Shown: piece after piece, positions 12,885-25,809 of the stretch
Layout of the letters: each line of letters starts with the position of its first letter
Position numbering within the stretch: the stretch's first letter is position 1
Assembly: GCF_018977255.1 (NCBI RefSeq)
Contig: NW_024704743.1
Coordinates: 111,478,001 to 111,542,000, forward strand
Origin: Callorhinchus milii
Lineage: Eukaryota
DNA: 64,000 bases
Direction: 5' to 3'
Notes under the pieces: model-generated
Seen by the model: only the letters and a program-made list of their open reading frames with translations
Database searches by the model: none
What the model was told of the DNA's origin: nothing
Made by a program: the position numbers and the translations under genes

Positions 12885-13385
12885 CAGAGAGGAGCAAGAA
12901 GGCAGAGCAGTGCAAAGAGGAGGCAAAGAGAGAAGGGAGAGGGTATTGAGGCCACACTGGCCTTTAAAACCACATCAACCTCCAATTCCAGGCCCATGAC
13001 CATTTAGGGCAGCAGGAGCTGATTTTACTGGTGCACATCCTCCCACTGTCAATGTGTGAGTGATGCACTGTACTCAGTGAAGCTGACAGATTCATTCTTT
13101 TCTCCAGAGATGCAGAGAAACAATTGGCCACATAGCACAGGTTCTGTGCTGTTGCTCGGTTCCCGGGAGGCCTGGGTGTGCCTGGTGCGTTGGACTCAAT
13201 CCACAAGACGATAAGGGTGCCATCAGTCAATGTGAAAGGCATCCACTCTGAGGGCTTCTATTCCCTCAATGTACAGGTGATCAGAAATTCCTTTCAAAAT
13301 GATGCTCCAGTGGTTGCTGAGCCTCGGGGGCCAATACATCCAGAAGATTCATCTTAAATCAGCCACAGTTCTCTCTGTTATTAGA
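12885..13385 (+). mobile_element. PIF/Harbinger DNA transposon transposase relic (DDE, HARBI1-like)
   Basis: The plus frame from ~13139 reads FCAVARFPGGLGVPGALDSIHKTIRVPS..EGFYSLNVQVI..VVA. This matches the Harbinger pattern GFP..GAIDGTHI.I.AP..KGFHS.NVQ. Disrupted by stops and frameshifts. Confidence 0.75.
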
Positions 13386-13534
13386 GCAAGACAACAGCCT
13401 GCAAGACTGCAAAGCAAGGACCATAACTAACTACTAAAACTGTGCAGCAAGACATCTGTAACTAACCTCCAGCCCCTCATACCCCAGCCTAATTGCTACA
13501 GTGCCTTTATTGGTGTTTGCTGATTTCACATTAT

Positions 13535-13772
13535 TAGTTGATTAGCGGATTGCTTTCCAGGGATAATAATTCCTCCAAAACACTCCACCCAAAAATTTTG
13601 TCACTCAATTCACGATTGTTTGTGGGACACTGCTCTGCGCAAATGACTGCCGCATTTCGCCCACAAAATACATATTCAATCCACTTTAAAATATATATCC
13701 TGTTACACGCTTTGAGACATCTCAACCAGGTGATAAGGCGCTGTATCAAATATAAGGATTATTATTATTATT
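13535..13772 (+). mobile_element. 5'-truncated tRNA-Deu-L2 SINE (long variant)
   Basis: ttgtttgtgggacactgctctgcgcaaatgactgccgcatttcgcccaca...gcgctgtatcaaatataaggattattatta. The 5' part matches the extra segment of the copy at 51860. Confidence 0.85.
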
Positions 13773-14104
13773 GTGTTTTGTGTATTTAAACCGAGTGTAC
13801 AAACTTTCTTGAGCTGTGAAGCATTAATAATCAACAGGTCTAAATTTGGGGGATTGAAAGCTAGCCCATATATTCCACATTACGTGATGAGGTGAAAGGT
13901 GGAATGCAAATGTCAGTTATGAACAAATGGAATTCAGCATTACCAGCGAAGAAAAAAGTAAGCTTCCCGGTATGAAACCAACCGTAATCATGACATCCAT
14001 CTTGCCTTCAGAAGAGTCAAATCTGCTCTGAAAACTTTCAAAGTTTTTTATGGGGGGAGGGGAACGGACGGATGGGAGTCATATACGCAATATATTCCAG
14101 GGGG

Positions 14105-14310
14105 AGCCATATATGCAATGTATTCCAAAAGGTGTTTGATAAAATATTACATGAAGCACTTATTCACAAACTAGTTAGCAATGGTAAGACATGGACTTGG
14201 ATTAGTAATTGAGTAAAGGGAAGGGAGCAGAGAGTAGTTATTAGGAGAACTGGATTGAAATTGGGGGTGTTAATTGGGTGCCTTTGGGGTCTATGGTTGG
14301 GAACCCTCCT
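14105..14310 (+). mobile_element. Old CR1 reverse transcriptase fragment
   Basis: ttccaaaaggtgtttgataaa (FQKVFDK), cagagagtagtt (QRVV) and a decayed GVPQGSVLG motif at ~14277. Confidence 0.55.
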
Positions 14311-16468
14311 GAACTCTCAACTTCTCTAATGCTCCTCATCTGGCTCCTTGTTGCCCCATCCACAAGCTTCATTCAAAGCTCATTCAAAATTCCACCATCT
14401 GCATCCTCACACATACCAAACTCAAACGTAGCACATGAGCTACAGTGGAACTCTCAGCTGCTTTGAATGCTTTTAAGTCTGGTGATGGGTTCCTGCACGT
14501 GTCAGACACTTGACACACAAAAACAACTACAATACTCATTTTAAATTAGACAGTGTCATTAATCAGCTATTAATCCAGCAGAACCATAAAGACCAGAATC
14601 CTGTTTTGTGTACTTTTATATATAGAATATAAAAATGATGATGCTAGTTACAATCCAATCATCTGGGATAACTCCTGTATTTAATCAAACTTTCAGCCTC
14701 ACTGTCCCTTCTTCTATTCTCATTTCCTTCAGTCTTCTTGGACACATTCCATTTTGTCCTGTGGATGTTTGCATTCATATCTGTATCTGGGCTCTTTCAT
14801 GAAATACGTCCCCTCACCCCAACCTTCACAACTATTACAACAATAAAAAACTTGCATTTATATATAGATAGCACTTCATATGCTCGGTGTCTCTAAAAGA
14901 GAACCATCATGTGTTATGAATTCAAAAAGTTTAATTCTCTTAAGTAAATTCAGGGAATTGAGTCTGTTCCTTAATTCTGAACATAATAGGGGAGGCCTGG
15001 AAATGGAAGAGTGGAGCGCAGACATTTATAATGACATGGGGCAGTTAAATTTGAATCAAAGAAATTGCTCATTAACCAATGCAGGTCAATTACTAGAGAC
15101 TGATTTCTTCAAGCAGTGGATGGATCTGCTGAGTACAAACTAATGGTTTAGCAGCAGGTATCTGAGGAGCTTTTTGTTAGCATCCAAGCAGGGAAGAATT
15201 TTATATATATATACAAAAATTCAAGCTGATACTTGGGAGTATCCAAAACCGATTTTTAGATTAATAAAACACATTATAAAATGTAACAGCACAAAACACA
15301 TGCTCTGTCAGAGCATTGTCACCTCGCTATTTTTTCCCCTCCTCTTAAAAAAGATGCTTGTGATTTCCTCTTACCTCTCCCAAACTTTTCTCTTTAACGT
15401 TGGACAGCTCGACTTGTGGGCATTGTAAAACACAATTTTAGTTGACAGTCTCCCCCAGACACACTCTAATATCAATTTTAATAGCTATTTCCCCATGTCT
15501 CTTTTATATATAGTGAGGAGTGTGACATTTTGTGTCATGCAGTTTTTTTAAAAAAAATTCACACAGGACTTTATGTGTTTAAAGGGGTGCCTACACTAAA
15601 ACGTCTGTGGTACTCTGCTCTCTGGTGGTCCTTCTTTTACTTGCAACCAACTTCTCGTCCACAGCAGTTCACATTGTAATATTCTCCTGCGCTATTTTCA
15701 TCTGCACTATTCCAGTGCAAATGTAGCACATTTAAATTCCTTTTAATGTATCCTATGCAAAATAATACAACAATTTGCATTTATACAGCGCCCTTCACTC
15801 AAGATGGTATCTCGGAGCGCTCATGGTGGTGGGGTTGGATGCCGAGCAAAAGAGAAGGGGGAGGGGAGGTGATGGGCAATATATGTGCCAAACGGGTAGG
15901 AAAAGTATATCAATGCCGGATAGACACAACTCTGTATGATGATGAGTACCGACATCACAGAAGGGAATTTTCAAACTGCATGTATAAAAGATTTAAAGCG
16001 ATATGAAGTTTCTGAAGTGCTTTGAATGACATGCAGCTTTAAATCAAGGTGATGAGGGGATCAGGTTTCAGTACATTTGTGATGCATGATATGCCAGGTG
16101 AATGCTAAGAACTACCTGTGTGGTTTGAAATGATTGTCACGATTGCCAGAAGCAAGGCCCTAATGTGAGCAGCTCAGCAGTGCAGAAGGCATCTCATGCC
16201 AGCTGTGTGATCTTTCTTAGAAAAGGATAAAATCTAAGCATTTTGGAACGCAGTGAATTAAAATGAATCCATGGGGTTGGTCAGCGTCAAGTGCAAGGGC
16301 TTTTTTTCACAGTGACAACTGAAATACTTGAAACTTTAAGATAGAGGCTTTGTTCAGAATACTGACAAATTAACATGTGCTGATGAAGGCACACTTTACG
16401 ATCAGCATTTAGGTATAATGTTGAGGATTTTCAGTTGCTGCTGTTAAACTCCTCATAACCCACACTAC

Positions 16469-16513
16469 CGTGCAGTTCCATAAAACGGNCCCAATGTATC
16501 AAAATCAGGTGGA
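16469..16513 (-). CDS. Candidate 45-nt exon (PPDFDTLGPFYGTA)
   Basis: Acceptor ttttttttccacaaatctctgcag and donor CG|gtagtg. The only N in the window (16489) falls on a Gly wobble position in this frame. Confidence 0.4.
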
Positions 16514-17818
16514 CTGCAGAGATTTGTGGAAAAAAAATGAAAATTGCAAGTTGAGGATCACAGTAAAAATAAATCACCCATGTAATGAGTGGCTCTCTGT
16601 CGGTTATCCTGCAGCCTCTCTCCATCTGGCGATACTTATCCGAAAATTTTTATATTAAAAAAGAATAAAGACTTCAGGCAGTTCAGTGCATCTTCAGGTA
16701 ACATGTTATACTCAGGCCATGTTTATGGATTGTAAGGACTTGTGTAATGTACCAGGCAATGTGGGACTTTGTGGAGAATATAGTACTGTGCCTCTGGTGA
16801 ATTTCCTGCAATTGCCCAATTAACTTACTGCCAATTAAGAGACAAATAATCGCATTTTATCAGAAACTGCAAATTCTTTTGGTCCCACAATCTGTGCTTT
16901 AAACCGATCAAAAGATGGTCCCCACTGAAATTACCCCCCTCCCCCTTCTATCATTATTAAAACATCGTGCTTGCAATTCCATATTTCTTCAATTATTTTA
17001 TTAAGTGCTTGGTATTTACCTCCACTGCAAAATTTTGCTTTATTTTTAAGGTTAAAGTCATTCAAATAAATTGGGATTATGTTCATGGAGGGCTTTGAGA
17101 CATCTTCCCAATGTGAAAGGCGCTAAGTATAAATTACATTGTATTGTGTAACTGTGTATTCAGACTGTTCAAGAAATGCATAATTCAAATTATGCATTTA
17201 TTGCGCTTATACCGCCTCTTCAGAGCTTAACAATTTATTGTATCATAAAGAGTAACCACACTAATAAACTAGCACAAACACCTGAAACCGTAATTGAGAT
17301 AATACTGAATAACTAATGAGCTGGGGACAGTATTTCAATTCAGTTCAGCCACCGAGGTTCGCAAATCCCTACCCAATACATTTTTAATAGGATTAAGCAT
17401 TACTTAACTGATCTGGACACTTTGTAAAACAAACCCTGGCTTCGCTTTGTTCCATCTATTCACTGTCATCTCAGTTGAATGCTGCCAATAACTATCAAAT
17501 ACAGGATTACATGCTTGCTCACCTACCTGTAAGGCACTAGAATATCAATCGCTAACATTCTTCGGTATCAACCCTTTGATTTTTTTAATATAATTTCTGC
17601 ATAATTTTAAAGAGGAATAAAAAACTAGTTTTCAGGCTTTGGTGAGTATCACTAAGGAGGAATTCTTTGTGTTGATTGACTAAATTTGATTTTATGTAAA
17701 CCACACAACATTTTACAGAATTTGCTAACCAGGAAAAATGTGGGAACAATATATGCTGGAGTTAAGGAAATTCATGACTTAAAAGATCAAAGAGATAGTG
17801 CTGTCCCTTTTCACTTAC

Positions 17819-17837
17819 CTGGGGCTGTAATTCAAAT
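17819..17837 (-). CDS. Candidate 19-nt micro-exon
   Basis: Minus strand: ttttttttggcag|ATTTGAATTACAGCCCCAG|gtaagt, with a consensus donor. Confidence 0.42.
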
Positions 17838-19184
17838 CTGCCAAAAAAAATCTAAACTTCACATACCTTATTAAAATTGTGCCCAGGAAAAAAAAGTACC
17901 ATAGTTTATCTGTCAAAATTCAGTTTGAATATTGCCTTGTACTTTTTACAAGCTAATGGCACAGAGGCACTACGAGATGCTACGCTGTATGAAGGGCTCT
18001 ATATAAGTGCAAGTTGATTTTTGTTTACTCGTATATGATAGGAATCAACGAGTTGTTTTTAGTAAAAGGCACTATGGTGTGAAATATGATTTAATTGGTA
18101 TATATTCACTTTATTTAGAATATGTTAATTACAAAGATAGAAACATTACATACAAACACAAGCATCTGAGGTGAGGGAACCTGCAGTGGGTAAAACCGAC
18201 CCTTTAACCAATCATGTGTATCAGTAAATACTGACTTGTGAAACCTTCTGGATTATAGCCTGAAAGACACATTACCTTAAGGAATGAAGAGCGAACATGA
18301 AGTAACGGTGAAAGGTGTGCCTGTTTTTATTATGTACGTTAATAGGAACAGCAATGCAGATTGTGCACAATGATGTAAAATGACTGGACTATCCTTATTG
18401 TACCCCACGTCTTGTTTTGATCCTAAACACTGGTGCAAATGCAACACACATCCCCCTCATTAATTGACTAAATAATATATTTGCAACTTGTCATTTGTGC
18501 CTGCAGGCATTCTGTATTACAGCATGATGTGACCATGATTGTTGGCTGATGTGACCGAGCCCTTTCTGATTCTGAAGGAAAGACTAGACCGTGCTTCATT
18601 GCTTCCTTATCAAATCATCAGGCAGACAGCAGCACTCCAGGCACCGCTTTACTATTACTGCATTTTATGCTTCCCCATCATGAGAGGAACTGCCAAGAGC
18701 ACATAAAAAGTGCTTGCACAGCCATCAAATATGGCTCCCCTTTCACAAAAGTTTCCAGACTATTCATAACAGCTCCATTCAACATGCCTCTCTTGTCTCA
18801 TAGTCACTCCCGAACATTGAAGTCCAATAGTCTGACATTAGCTTTAGAGAGTTGTGGCTGATTCCTTTGCCTTAATGTACAAATATTTAGCCTGTGTTCA
18901 TACACACTCAGTTCCACTAGAGGGGGTTCCTGGGACTGAAACAGCAATATGGCAATACTAGACACAGTTTTAATGCCACACAAGAGGTGTCAGTTTATTA
19001 CAGTTTCCCCTCTTCTGGAACTCAATTTAATATGCGATGCATATTCAATATTGTTCCCTCTTGTTTTAAAAGCAGGTATTTGGGATGCTGTGATTGATAA
19101 ATATGTGTGTGAAAATGACTTGGTGCAAATGTGTGCATGAATGACTCACGTTCAGTGGGCAGACCAGTCACTGGGGGTAGAGAT

Positions 19185-19370
19185 TCTTCCTAAGGCTTGG
19201 TATTTTCGAGCCTCTGCCCAATATTTTCTGGGATTGGGTGAGCAGGGTGTGGCCCTCCACACACATTCGAGACACCGGGAAATTTACATGTGTAGGTGGC
19301 ACACAACATGTGGAACTTTCAGTCCAGATTGGATACTTTTAAGCATGATCATGACTTTCTACATCTCTGT
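19185..19370 (-). repeat. Unclassified old interspersed repeat, copy 2 (inverted)
   Basis: Reverse complement gcttaaaagtatccaatctggactgaaagttccacatg...gccacctacacat aligns to 6335-6385. Confidence 0.65.
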
Positions 19371-19614
19371 AAAGTGAGTTCAGCCTAAATATTTCCTTTG
19401 TGAGTGTCTGGTGATGAAACATAGAAGCAGGACGGTAATGACATCCTAAACTTACTGTATACTGGGTACAACTACAAGCTTGAAAAGGCTTGAAAGTTAT
19501 TGTCAGTCCATAGCCTCCACTCTTCTCCTCCAATCAATCCTCTATGGACTTTTAACCTGCTCTGTGCCCCCTATTGGAGTTACTAGGTTACCTGTTTTAC
19601 ATCTGATAAGTCAT

Positions 19615-19800
19615 ACAAGGCCACAGGATCTTTAATGCTCACCTGAAGAGGCAATGGGACCTCAGTTTGTCATCTCAACCAAAGGACAGCACCTCTGACA
19701 ATGCAGCATAGCCTCAGCACTGCATTGGAGTGTCAGCATAGAATACATGGGTTCCAAGTCCCAATGGAGCCTTCTGACTTTCTAATTCAGAAGCAAGAGT
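19615..19800 (-). mobile_element. Old Deu-domain SINE fragment
   Basis: ggatctttaatgctcacctgaagaggcaatgggacctcagtttgtcatctcaaccaaaggacagcacctctgacaatgcagca...tggagtgtcagc, co-linear with 2600-2760. Confidence 0.75.
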
Positions 19801-19954
19801 AAAGTACATCCTAAAATCTTAGGATAATAACAAGGCCTTTGTAGTAAAAATGTCACCGGTCAAAAGTGCAGAAGGAAAATTATTAGCAGATAATCAAAAC
19901 ATGCACCTAGAAATATAATTTATTGTACACATCAAAGTCTCTTTTAATTTATTT

Positions 19955-20165
19955 TTCTGGTCAGCTGGGCGGCTGACACATGACGAAACCTATGTTTAGG
20001 AGTATCCAAACTAGACAGAGTTCCATGAATGTCACCTGCACAACAAAATTTCGGTTTTGAAATGGAAAACGCACTCCCTCCCCCAGATGGTCACATCCTG
20101 CTTACCTAATTCTGCAGAATATTGGGAATAGATTGGCAAAAGCCAAGGCTTGGTGACTCCAGTGT
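19955..20165 (+). repeat. Unclassified old interspersed repeat, copy 3
   Basis: Co-linear with 6290-6500. Confidence 0.65.
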
Positions 20166-20739
20166 GTATGTTGAGCTACCACTGCAGTTTAACCAGCTAA
20201 AACCACATGGCTTGCTATTGATAGCTTGCCATTGATACCATTGTTTGGAAAGCTTCCTTGCTGCTTGCTAGCTAGGATTATCCTACCCATTAGGGCAATG
20301 GCTTGTAGGGTTTCTTTAAATAAGAAAGGGAATTGATCTTGAAAGAGTGTTGCAACATTTTAAAATTGTTGGCAAATGAAGAAGATTAAAGAGTAAAAAT
20401 TGCGATTATTACCATTATAGTCACATTTGTAGGCAATATCACACAAATACAATAGAGATATAAAAATACTTAAGATATGACCACAAATATTTAAAATCAC
20501 TAAAATAATGGTCCTGTTTTAAATAAATAATATAATCCTCGCATTTTGTATAGTGCCTTTCACGTTGGGAGTACATCTCAAAGCTCTTCACATGATATAC
20601 TATAAATGTAGCCACTGTAGGTTTTGTTGGCAAACATTCTCTGTTACCATCAGACTCACAATGTACTGTTAATTTGCAGCAGGTCTTGAGAAATGGAGTT
20701 TCATTTTTTTCATGAGGGGCAATCTTTAGATACCATAAC

Positions 20740-20975
20740 CTTTCATAAGAACATGCTAGATGAAAGAAAGAGCAAGGTCCATCCAGTTTGCCTTCCACCA
20801 GCCTGGCAGTCACATACACATGTAATTTCCCAAATTATATACTGTATCCCACAATATTATTTCATAAAAGAAATATATCTAATTTACTTTTCAAAGAATC
20901 AATACTGTCTGTTTCCATCGTCTCCTGAGGGAGCTTGTTCCATACTTTCCATCGGTCATAAAGCAATGCCTCAAT
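20740..20975 (-). mobile_element. CR1 3' end
   Basis: Minus-strand peptide WNKLPQETMETDSIDSLKSKLDIFL (CR1 ORF2 C-terminus) followed by a tail (plus strand ataagaacat...aaggtccatccagt). Confidence 0.75.
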
Positions 20976-21539
20976 ATCTCTGAAATCATTGACTATGTAA
21001 GTAAGTAGTTGTAACTCAAGTCGAAGAGATGTTAGCCATGGGCGGGAGTAGTTGGCAGCTTCAGGCTGTAGCTTGTGATTAAGAAGATGCCAAAACATTG
21101 TGTTTCCAAGAGACCATCATATACTTGGGTTTGATGTGTATTAATGTTTTCTTGAGCCCCTGAACTGTGTGCAAGTTTTTCATAGTTTTTCACAGAATTG
21201 CATGCTGTTCGGAGCTTCTGTGCAGGAGATACGCAGGGTAGGTGGTGCTCTCATTGACACAACATAAAGAAGATGAAGCTGGCTAGTATGGTTGCTGAAG
21301 GTAACAGAGCATGTCCAGTTCCAATTTACACATTAGGACAGGGTGAATCACTCTGCATTTCGGGTCTCACTGGTCCGTTCATTGGAGGATCATTATCTGT
21401 GATGAATTGTTCTAAGGTAAAACAGAAAGAGAGAGAGAGGAAACACTGCCTGCAAATGCCATCAAGTTACTTATAATAAATCAGGACAATGCAGATGTCA
21501 GCCATGAGATTGTAAAGGCATCAATGAATGTAACCCACA

Positions 21540-21810
21540 TCAGAGACCTAGACAGGGCTGAGAGGCATAGACAGAGCTGAGAGATGCAGTCAGAGCTGAG
21601 AGACGTAGAGAGAGCTGAAAGACGCAGTCAGAGCTAAGAGACAAAGGCGGAGCTGAGATCTAGTCAGAGCTGAGAGATGGAGATGGAGCTGAGACACCTA
21701 GATGGAGCTGAGAGACGAAGACGAGCTGTAGACAGAGCTGAGAGATGTTGACAATGTTGAGAGACAAGGACAGAGCTGAGAGATGGAGTGGGGAAATGGA
21801 GTCGAGAGAT
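21540..21810 (+). repeat. Degenerate ~20-bp minisatellite (AGACAGAGCTGAGAGA.G..G)
   Basis: GAGCTGAGA recurs about every 20 bp, roughly a dozen times. Confidence 0.8.
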
Positions 21811-22399
21811 GAAATTCGGCCATTGAGCTGTTATAGCTTTGTTATAATTTACCTACGATTCACTGGCATCAGTTGCAATAGATTGTAAATGTTTGGTGAC
21901 GACATTCAGTACAATATACATTTATATAGCGTCTTTCACGTCAGGAAGATGTCCCAAAGCACATTCACATTGCAGGGTGAGTGGGCAGAGCAGGTCCCAT
22001 CCCAGTCAGGGGAAAGGCTTTACCAGGTTTAACACGATAACCCAAGGTGGTGTCGCACAGTAAACTCCTGGTAACAAGAGCCTGGTCTAACTTGTCACTA
22101 TCACTTAAGGCAGACACCATGCTGTAAATATCCCAGGAGGTTCCCATGCAAAATGATAATAAAGGGCTCTGCTTCACTTGTCACACTGCAAAACACAGTC
22201 GCATTCTAGAAAATGGTGTGGGCCTCCAATAGACCAGAGGCCTTTGCGATGCATCTGAGCATGTGTGGTCAACCTCGCCAAGCACCCGCACCTAATTAAC
22301 CACTCGGATACCTAGCCGTTGAACCTATTTTCCCATGGAATGACAATTTATTGGAATTTACGCTATTTTAACTTATTCCTTACCTTGGTTTACAAGAAG

Positions 22400-23080
22400 C
22401 AATGCGCTTGACTCAAGCTTATACACAAGTCTACATAAGTCCATCTCATCCCATTCTCCTGCTCGCTCACCCCATACTTTAATATCCTTGTATTTGATTC
22501 TATCCGCAAAATGATCCAAAAGGGAATGATTTTGACTAAATCCGCTTTTCTCAATCTCTGCAACATCACTTGCCACTGCTGCTACCTCCCACCCTCCTGC
22601 ATCGCACCCCTCAAAAAGCAGCTTAAACCACCATCTCCCTGCACGTGGGCCTACCTTCTAAAAACCCCAAACACCTTGAATGGCACAGCCAACAATCTTT
22701 CCAGTACTCTATCCTCACCCCGCTCCCCTCCCTGTTGGCCAGTGGAGTTAGTTTAATATCCTCGTCCCTACCTTCAAATACTTTTCTGGCCTTGCCCCAC
22801 ACTATCTCTAAAATCTCACACATCAGCTCTGTGATCTCCTGCAACATCTACTCCTATCGAATGAGTGGGCAACTGGCATATATAGCCACTCACTCCACTC
22901 CACCATCTCTGGACTGTTTCCTTCACCCCCCTCCACTCCACCTCCCGAACCTCTTCAGCCATTTCCCCCCGCATCCACTGGAACACTCTTCCGAAACCTA
23001 CTCCCACTCTTTCTCTGCTTACAAAACCAATCTAAAAGCCTGCCTCTTTGACTGCCCTTTGGGCTCTCCCCTACCCTGGC
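22400..23080 (+). mobile_element. Heavily decayed L2 fragments
   Basis: C-rich sequence with L2-like motifs (cttttctcaatctctgcaacatc; tggaacactctt...aaaaccaatctaaaagcctgcctctttgactgccc). Confidence 0.5.
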
Positions 23081-23159
23081 TCCCCAACTTCCAGATGCAC
23101 TTCAACTTCATAAATGGTGTTTATACCATTCCGGCTGGTGTTTATACTCCATTCAAGTG

Positions 23160-24120
23160 CCTGTCCTAGATCTGATCCCTAGTCCAATAGCCTGGCTTTT
23201 CCCATATCCCTCAACTTTATTCTCTCTTAACCATGTATCCAGTCTGCTTTTGAAAAGGCCCATGATTGGCACCCCAACAATTGACTGTGGCAGAGAATTC
23301 CACATTCCCATTACACTCTGCATGATTTTTTTTTCCTCATCTCCATTCTTGTGGAGTCCTGTAGCTCAGTGGTTAGAGCACTCGCTTTGCAAGCGAGAGA
23401 TCTGAGTTCAATTCCCGGCAGGGCGAAACCTTGGGCAAGTTTCCTTACTCCACACTCCTAATAATAATCCCTCCAAAACCAAAAACAATAATAAAAAAAA
23501 AATTAAAAAAAATTGGTCATTTTCAATCTACGACTGTTTGTGGGACATTGCTGTGCACAATTGGCTGCCGCGTTTGTCCACAAATATACAGTCAATTCAC
23601 TTTACAGTGTGTTCTGTGAAGCGCTTTGGGACGTCCTCCCGACGTGAAAAGCGCTATATCAAATGCAAGGATTATTATTACACCTCCCAATTCTGATTCC
23701 AAAACTAGACCCTAACCCCTGCCCCTGGTAATAATCTTTCCCATCCAGCTAAGCCTCCCATCATCTCCATCATATCTCCTCTCAGCCTTCTGAGCTCCAA
23801 AGATAAAAAAAGCCCCTGTTTATTAAAGCTTTCCCTGTAACTGCATTTCCTCATTCCAGGCAACAACATCATGGTGAATCTTCGCTGTACCACCTCCAGC
23901 ATCTTAAGATCTTTCTTCTAACGAGGAGCCCAAAACTGCACATAGTATTCCAACTGTGTCCTGGCCATTGTTTTATACAGATTCAACATTACCTCCTTAT
24001 CCTTACAGTCTATTCCCCCAACTATAAAACCCAAAGGCTCCTTGGATTTGTAATGGCCTTCACGAACTATAAATCTGTTCTCCTAGATCCCACTGTTCTT
24101 CTACCCTTTAATATTTGCCC
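23160..24120 (-). mobile_element. CR1 LINE 3' ORF2 fragment, interrupted by a SINE
   Basis: LEVVQRRFT..LPGMRKCSYRE..GLF.LELRRLRGDM at 23705-23902. CR1-like sequence resumes at 23160-23340 (gagaattccacatt). Confidence 0.85.
23351..23680 (+). mobile_element. Young full-length SINE: tRNA-Ala(TGC)-like head, Deu-type 3' body, L2 tail, (TTA)n
   Basis: A box tagctcagtgg, anticodon arm ctcgc-tt-TGC-aa-gcgag, B box gagttcaattcc, body gtgggacattgctgtgcacaattggctgccg, tail agcgctatatcaaatgcaaggattatta. From memory it resembles elephant-shark SINE2-1_CM; not verified. Confidence 0.92.
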
Positions 24121-24129
24121 AACCAAATG

Positions 24130-24300
24130 CCCAAGAGGCATTTAAGAAAAAGTTAGATATACACAAGAGTGAAGAGAATAGAAGGCTATGAGAAATGAGT
24201 TGGATTGAGACTCACGTGGAGTATATACACAGGGATGCACTGGTTGGGCAGAATGGCCTGTTTTCATGCTATATGGTTTTTGTAAATCTATGCCTATGTA
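24130..24300 (+). mobile_element. CR1 3' tail
   Basis: tttaagaaaagttagatatacac...ggttgggcagaatggcctgttttcatgct...tctatgcctatg. Confidence 0.6.
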
Positions 24301-25809
24301 AACTAATCTGCACCACCCTCCTATTCCCTCCCATCCTCCTATATCCCCTCTATTCTCCCTCATGCTGCCTTCCTTACTATTGCATTCTTTGCCTCTAAGT
24401 ACAAAACCAAGGATTCTGTCATTTTTGTTGCTTTATCAATCTGCACTGAGACTGTTAATGACTTGTGTGACTGCACACCAAGGCCTCTGCTCCTCTACTT
24501 CATTTCACATCTTACCATTGAAGCATTTCTCTCATGTACAACCACATTTTGTCAAAAAGAATAGACGAGCACTTATCTTTAGAAGTGAAGCTAACTAACA
24601 GAGGGTTTGAGTGAATCTGGCGGTGTCCAAACAGCTTGGAAGACAGACTTGATTGCAGAAAGTCTCCAATTTCAGGTGATGATTTTTTAACTCGTTTTAG
24701 CATCCAAACTCTTGAGTCCAGAGTCATTCTCTATTCAAAAGTCTATTGAAGAATAACGAATGTTCTTTCAATTTATTCTGAAAGTCCTGTTTCTGTTTCA
24801 TCCTTCAATCCAATTTCATTCAACCAAAGGGTCTTTGACTGCAATATACAAGCATCTACAAGTGGAAGCTTTACAGAAGTTTTGAATTTGAAAAGGCACA
24901 ACATTCAATATGTGAGGATCTTGACGAGTCCCTAAAACACATTAAAGGAGATCCATCGACCAGGACAAAGTGGCCTTAAGATCATTGTCAGCAGATTCTT
25001 GGCTTTCTATCCATTCAACTCGTCTCAGATTGTCCTTATGCTCACAACTCATAGTGCAGAGAGAGTAAGAGAGAAACTAATGCAGCGAGAGAGAGAAAGG
25101 AAGAGAGAGACATCAGCAAGAGAGAGGAATGGGCAGTAATAGAGCGAAAAATAAACAGCAAGAAAGAGAGGGATGGTGCAGCGAGAAAGATTGCAGAGAG
25201 AGAAAGGGAGCTAAGGGAGAGGCATAGAGATCAAGGAGAAAGGGAGATGAGTGGAGAGAGAGAGGGAGCAAGAGAGTGGAAAGAGAGACAAAGAGAGATA
25301 CACCAGAGAGAGAGACAGAGTGGAAAGAGAGAGACAGAGTGAAAAGAAAGAGACAGTGGAAAGAGACTGACGGAATGGAAAGAGAGACAGAAAGAAGAGA
25401 GAGGGAACTAAGAGAGATGGAGCATGCATCAGAGAGAGGTGGAACATGGAGAGACAGGAGGGGAGAGAAAGAAAGGAAGTGAGGAGAAAGATGTAGCAGA
25501 GAAAGAGAGAGCGAGATAAGATAGAGAGAGACAGACCGAGGGGACAGAGAAACAGAACAGAGAGACACACACAGAGTGTGACAGGGAGACAGACAGACAT
25601 AGCGGAGAGAGTGACAGAGCAGGCAGAGTGAAGTGAGAGACGGAATACAGAGTGAGAGATAGATGGAGGGACAAGGGAAAGAAGGAGTGAAGAGAGATAA
25701 AACAACAACAATTACTTGCATTTATATAGCGCTCTCCACGCCAGGAGAAGAAAGAAAAACAGAGCAGAGCGGGCCATAGAGAGAGAGAAAAGAGGAGGTA
25801 AGAGATGAC

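Noticed and set aside
17636..17641. Plus-strand 6-nt micro-exon (ttttcag|GCTTTG|gtgagt)
   Set aside because: Isolated, with a short pyrimidine tract. It shows that such motifs arise by chance, which is why confidence in the minus-strand exons is kept modest.
23351..23425. tRNA-Ala(TGC) gene
   Set aside because: The acceptor stem does not pair properly, and the sequence runs into a SINE body present in several copies. It is a SINE head.
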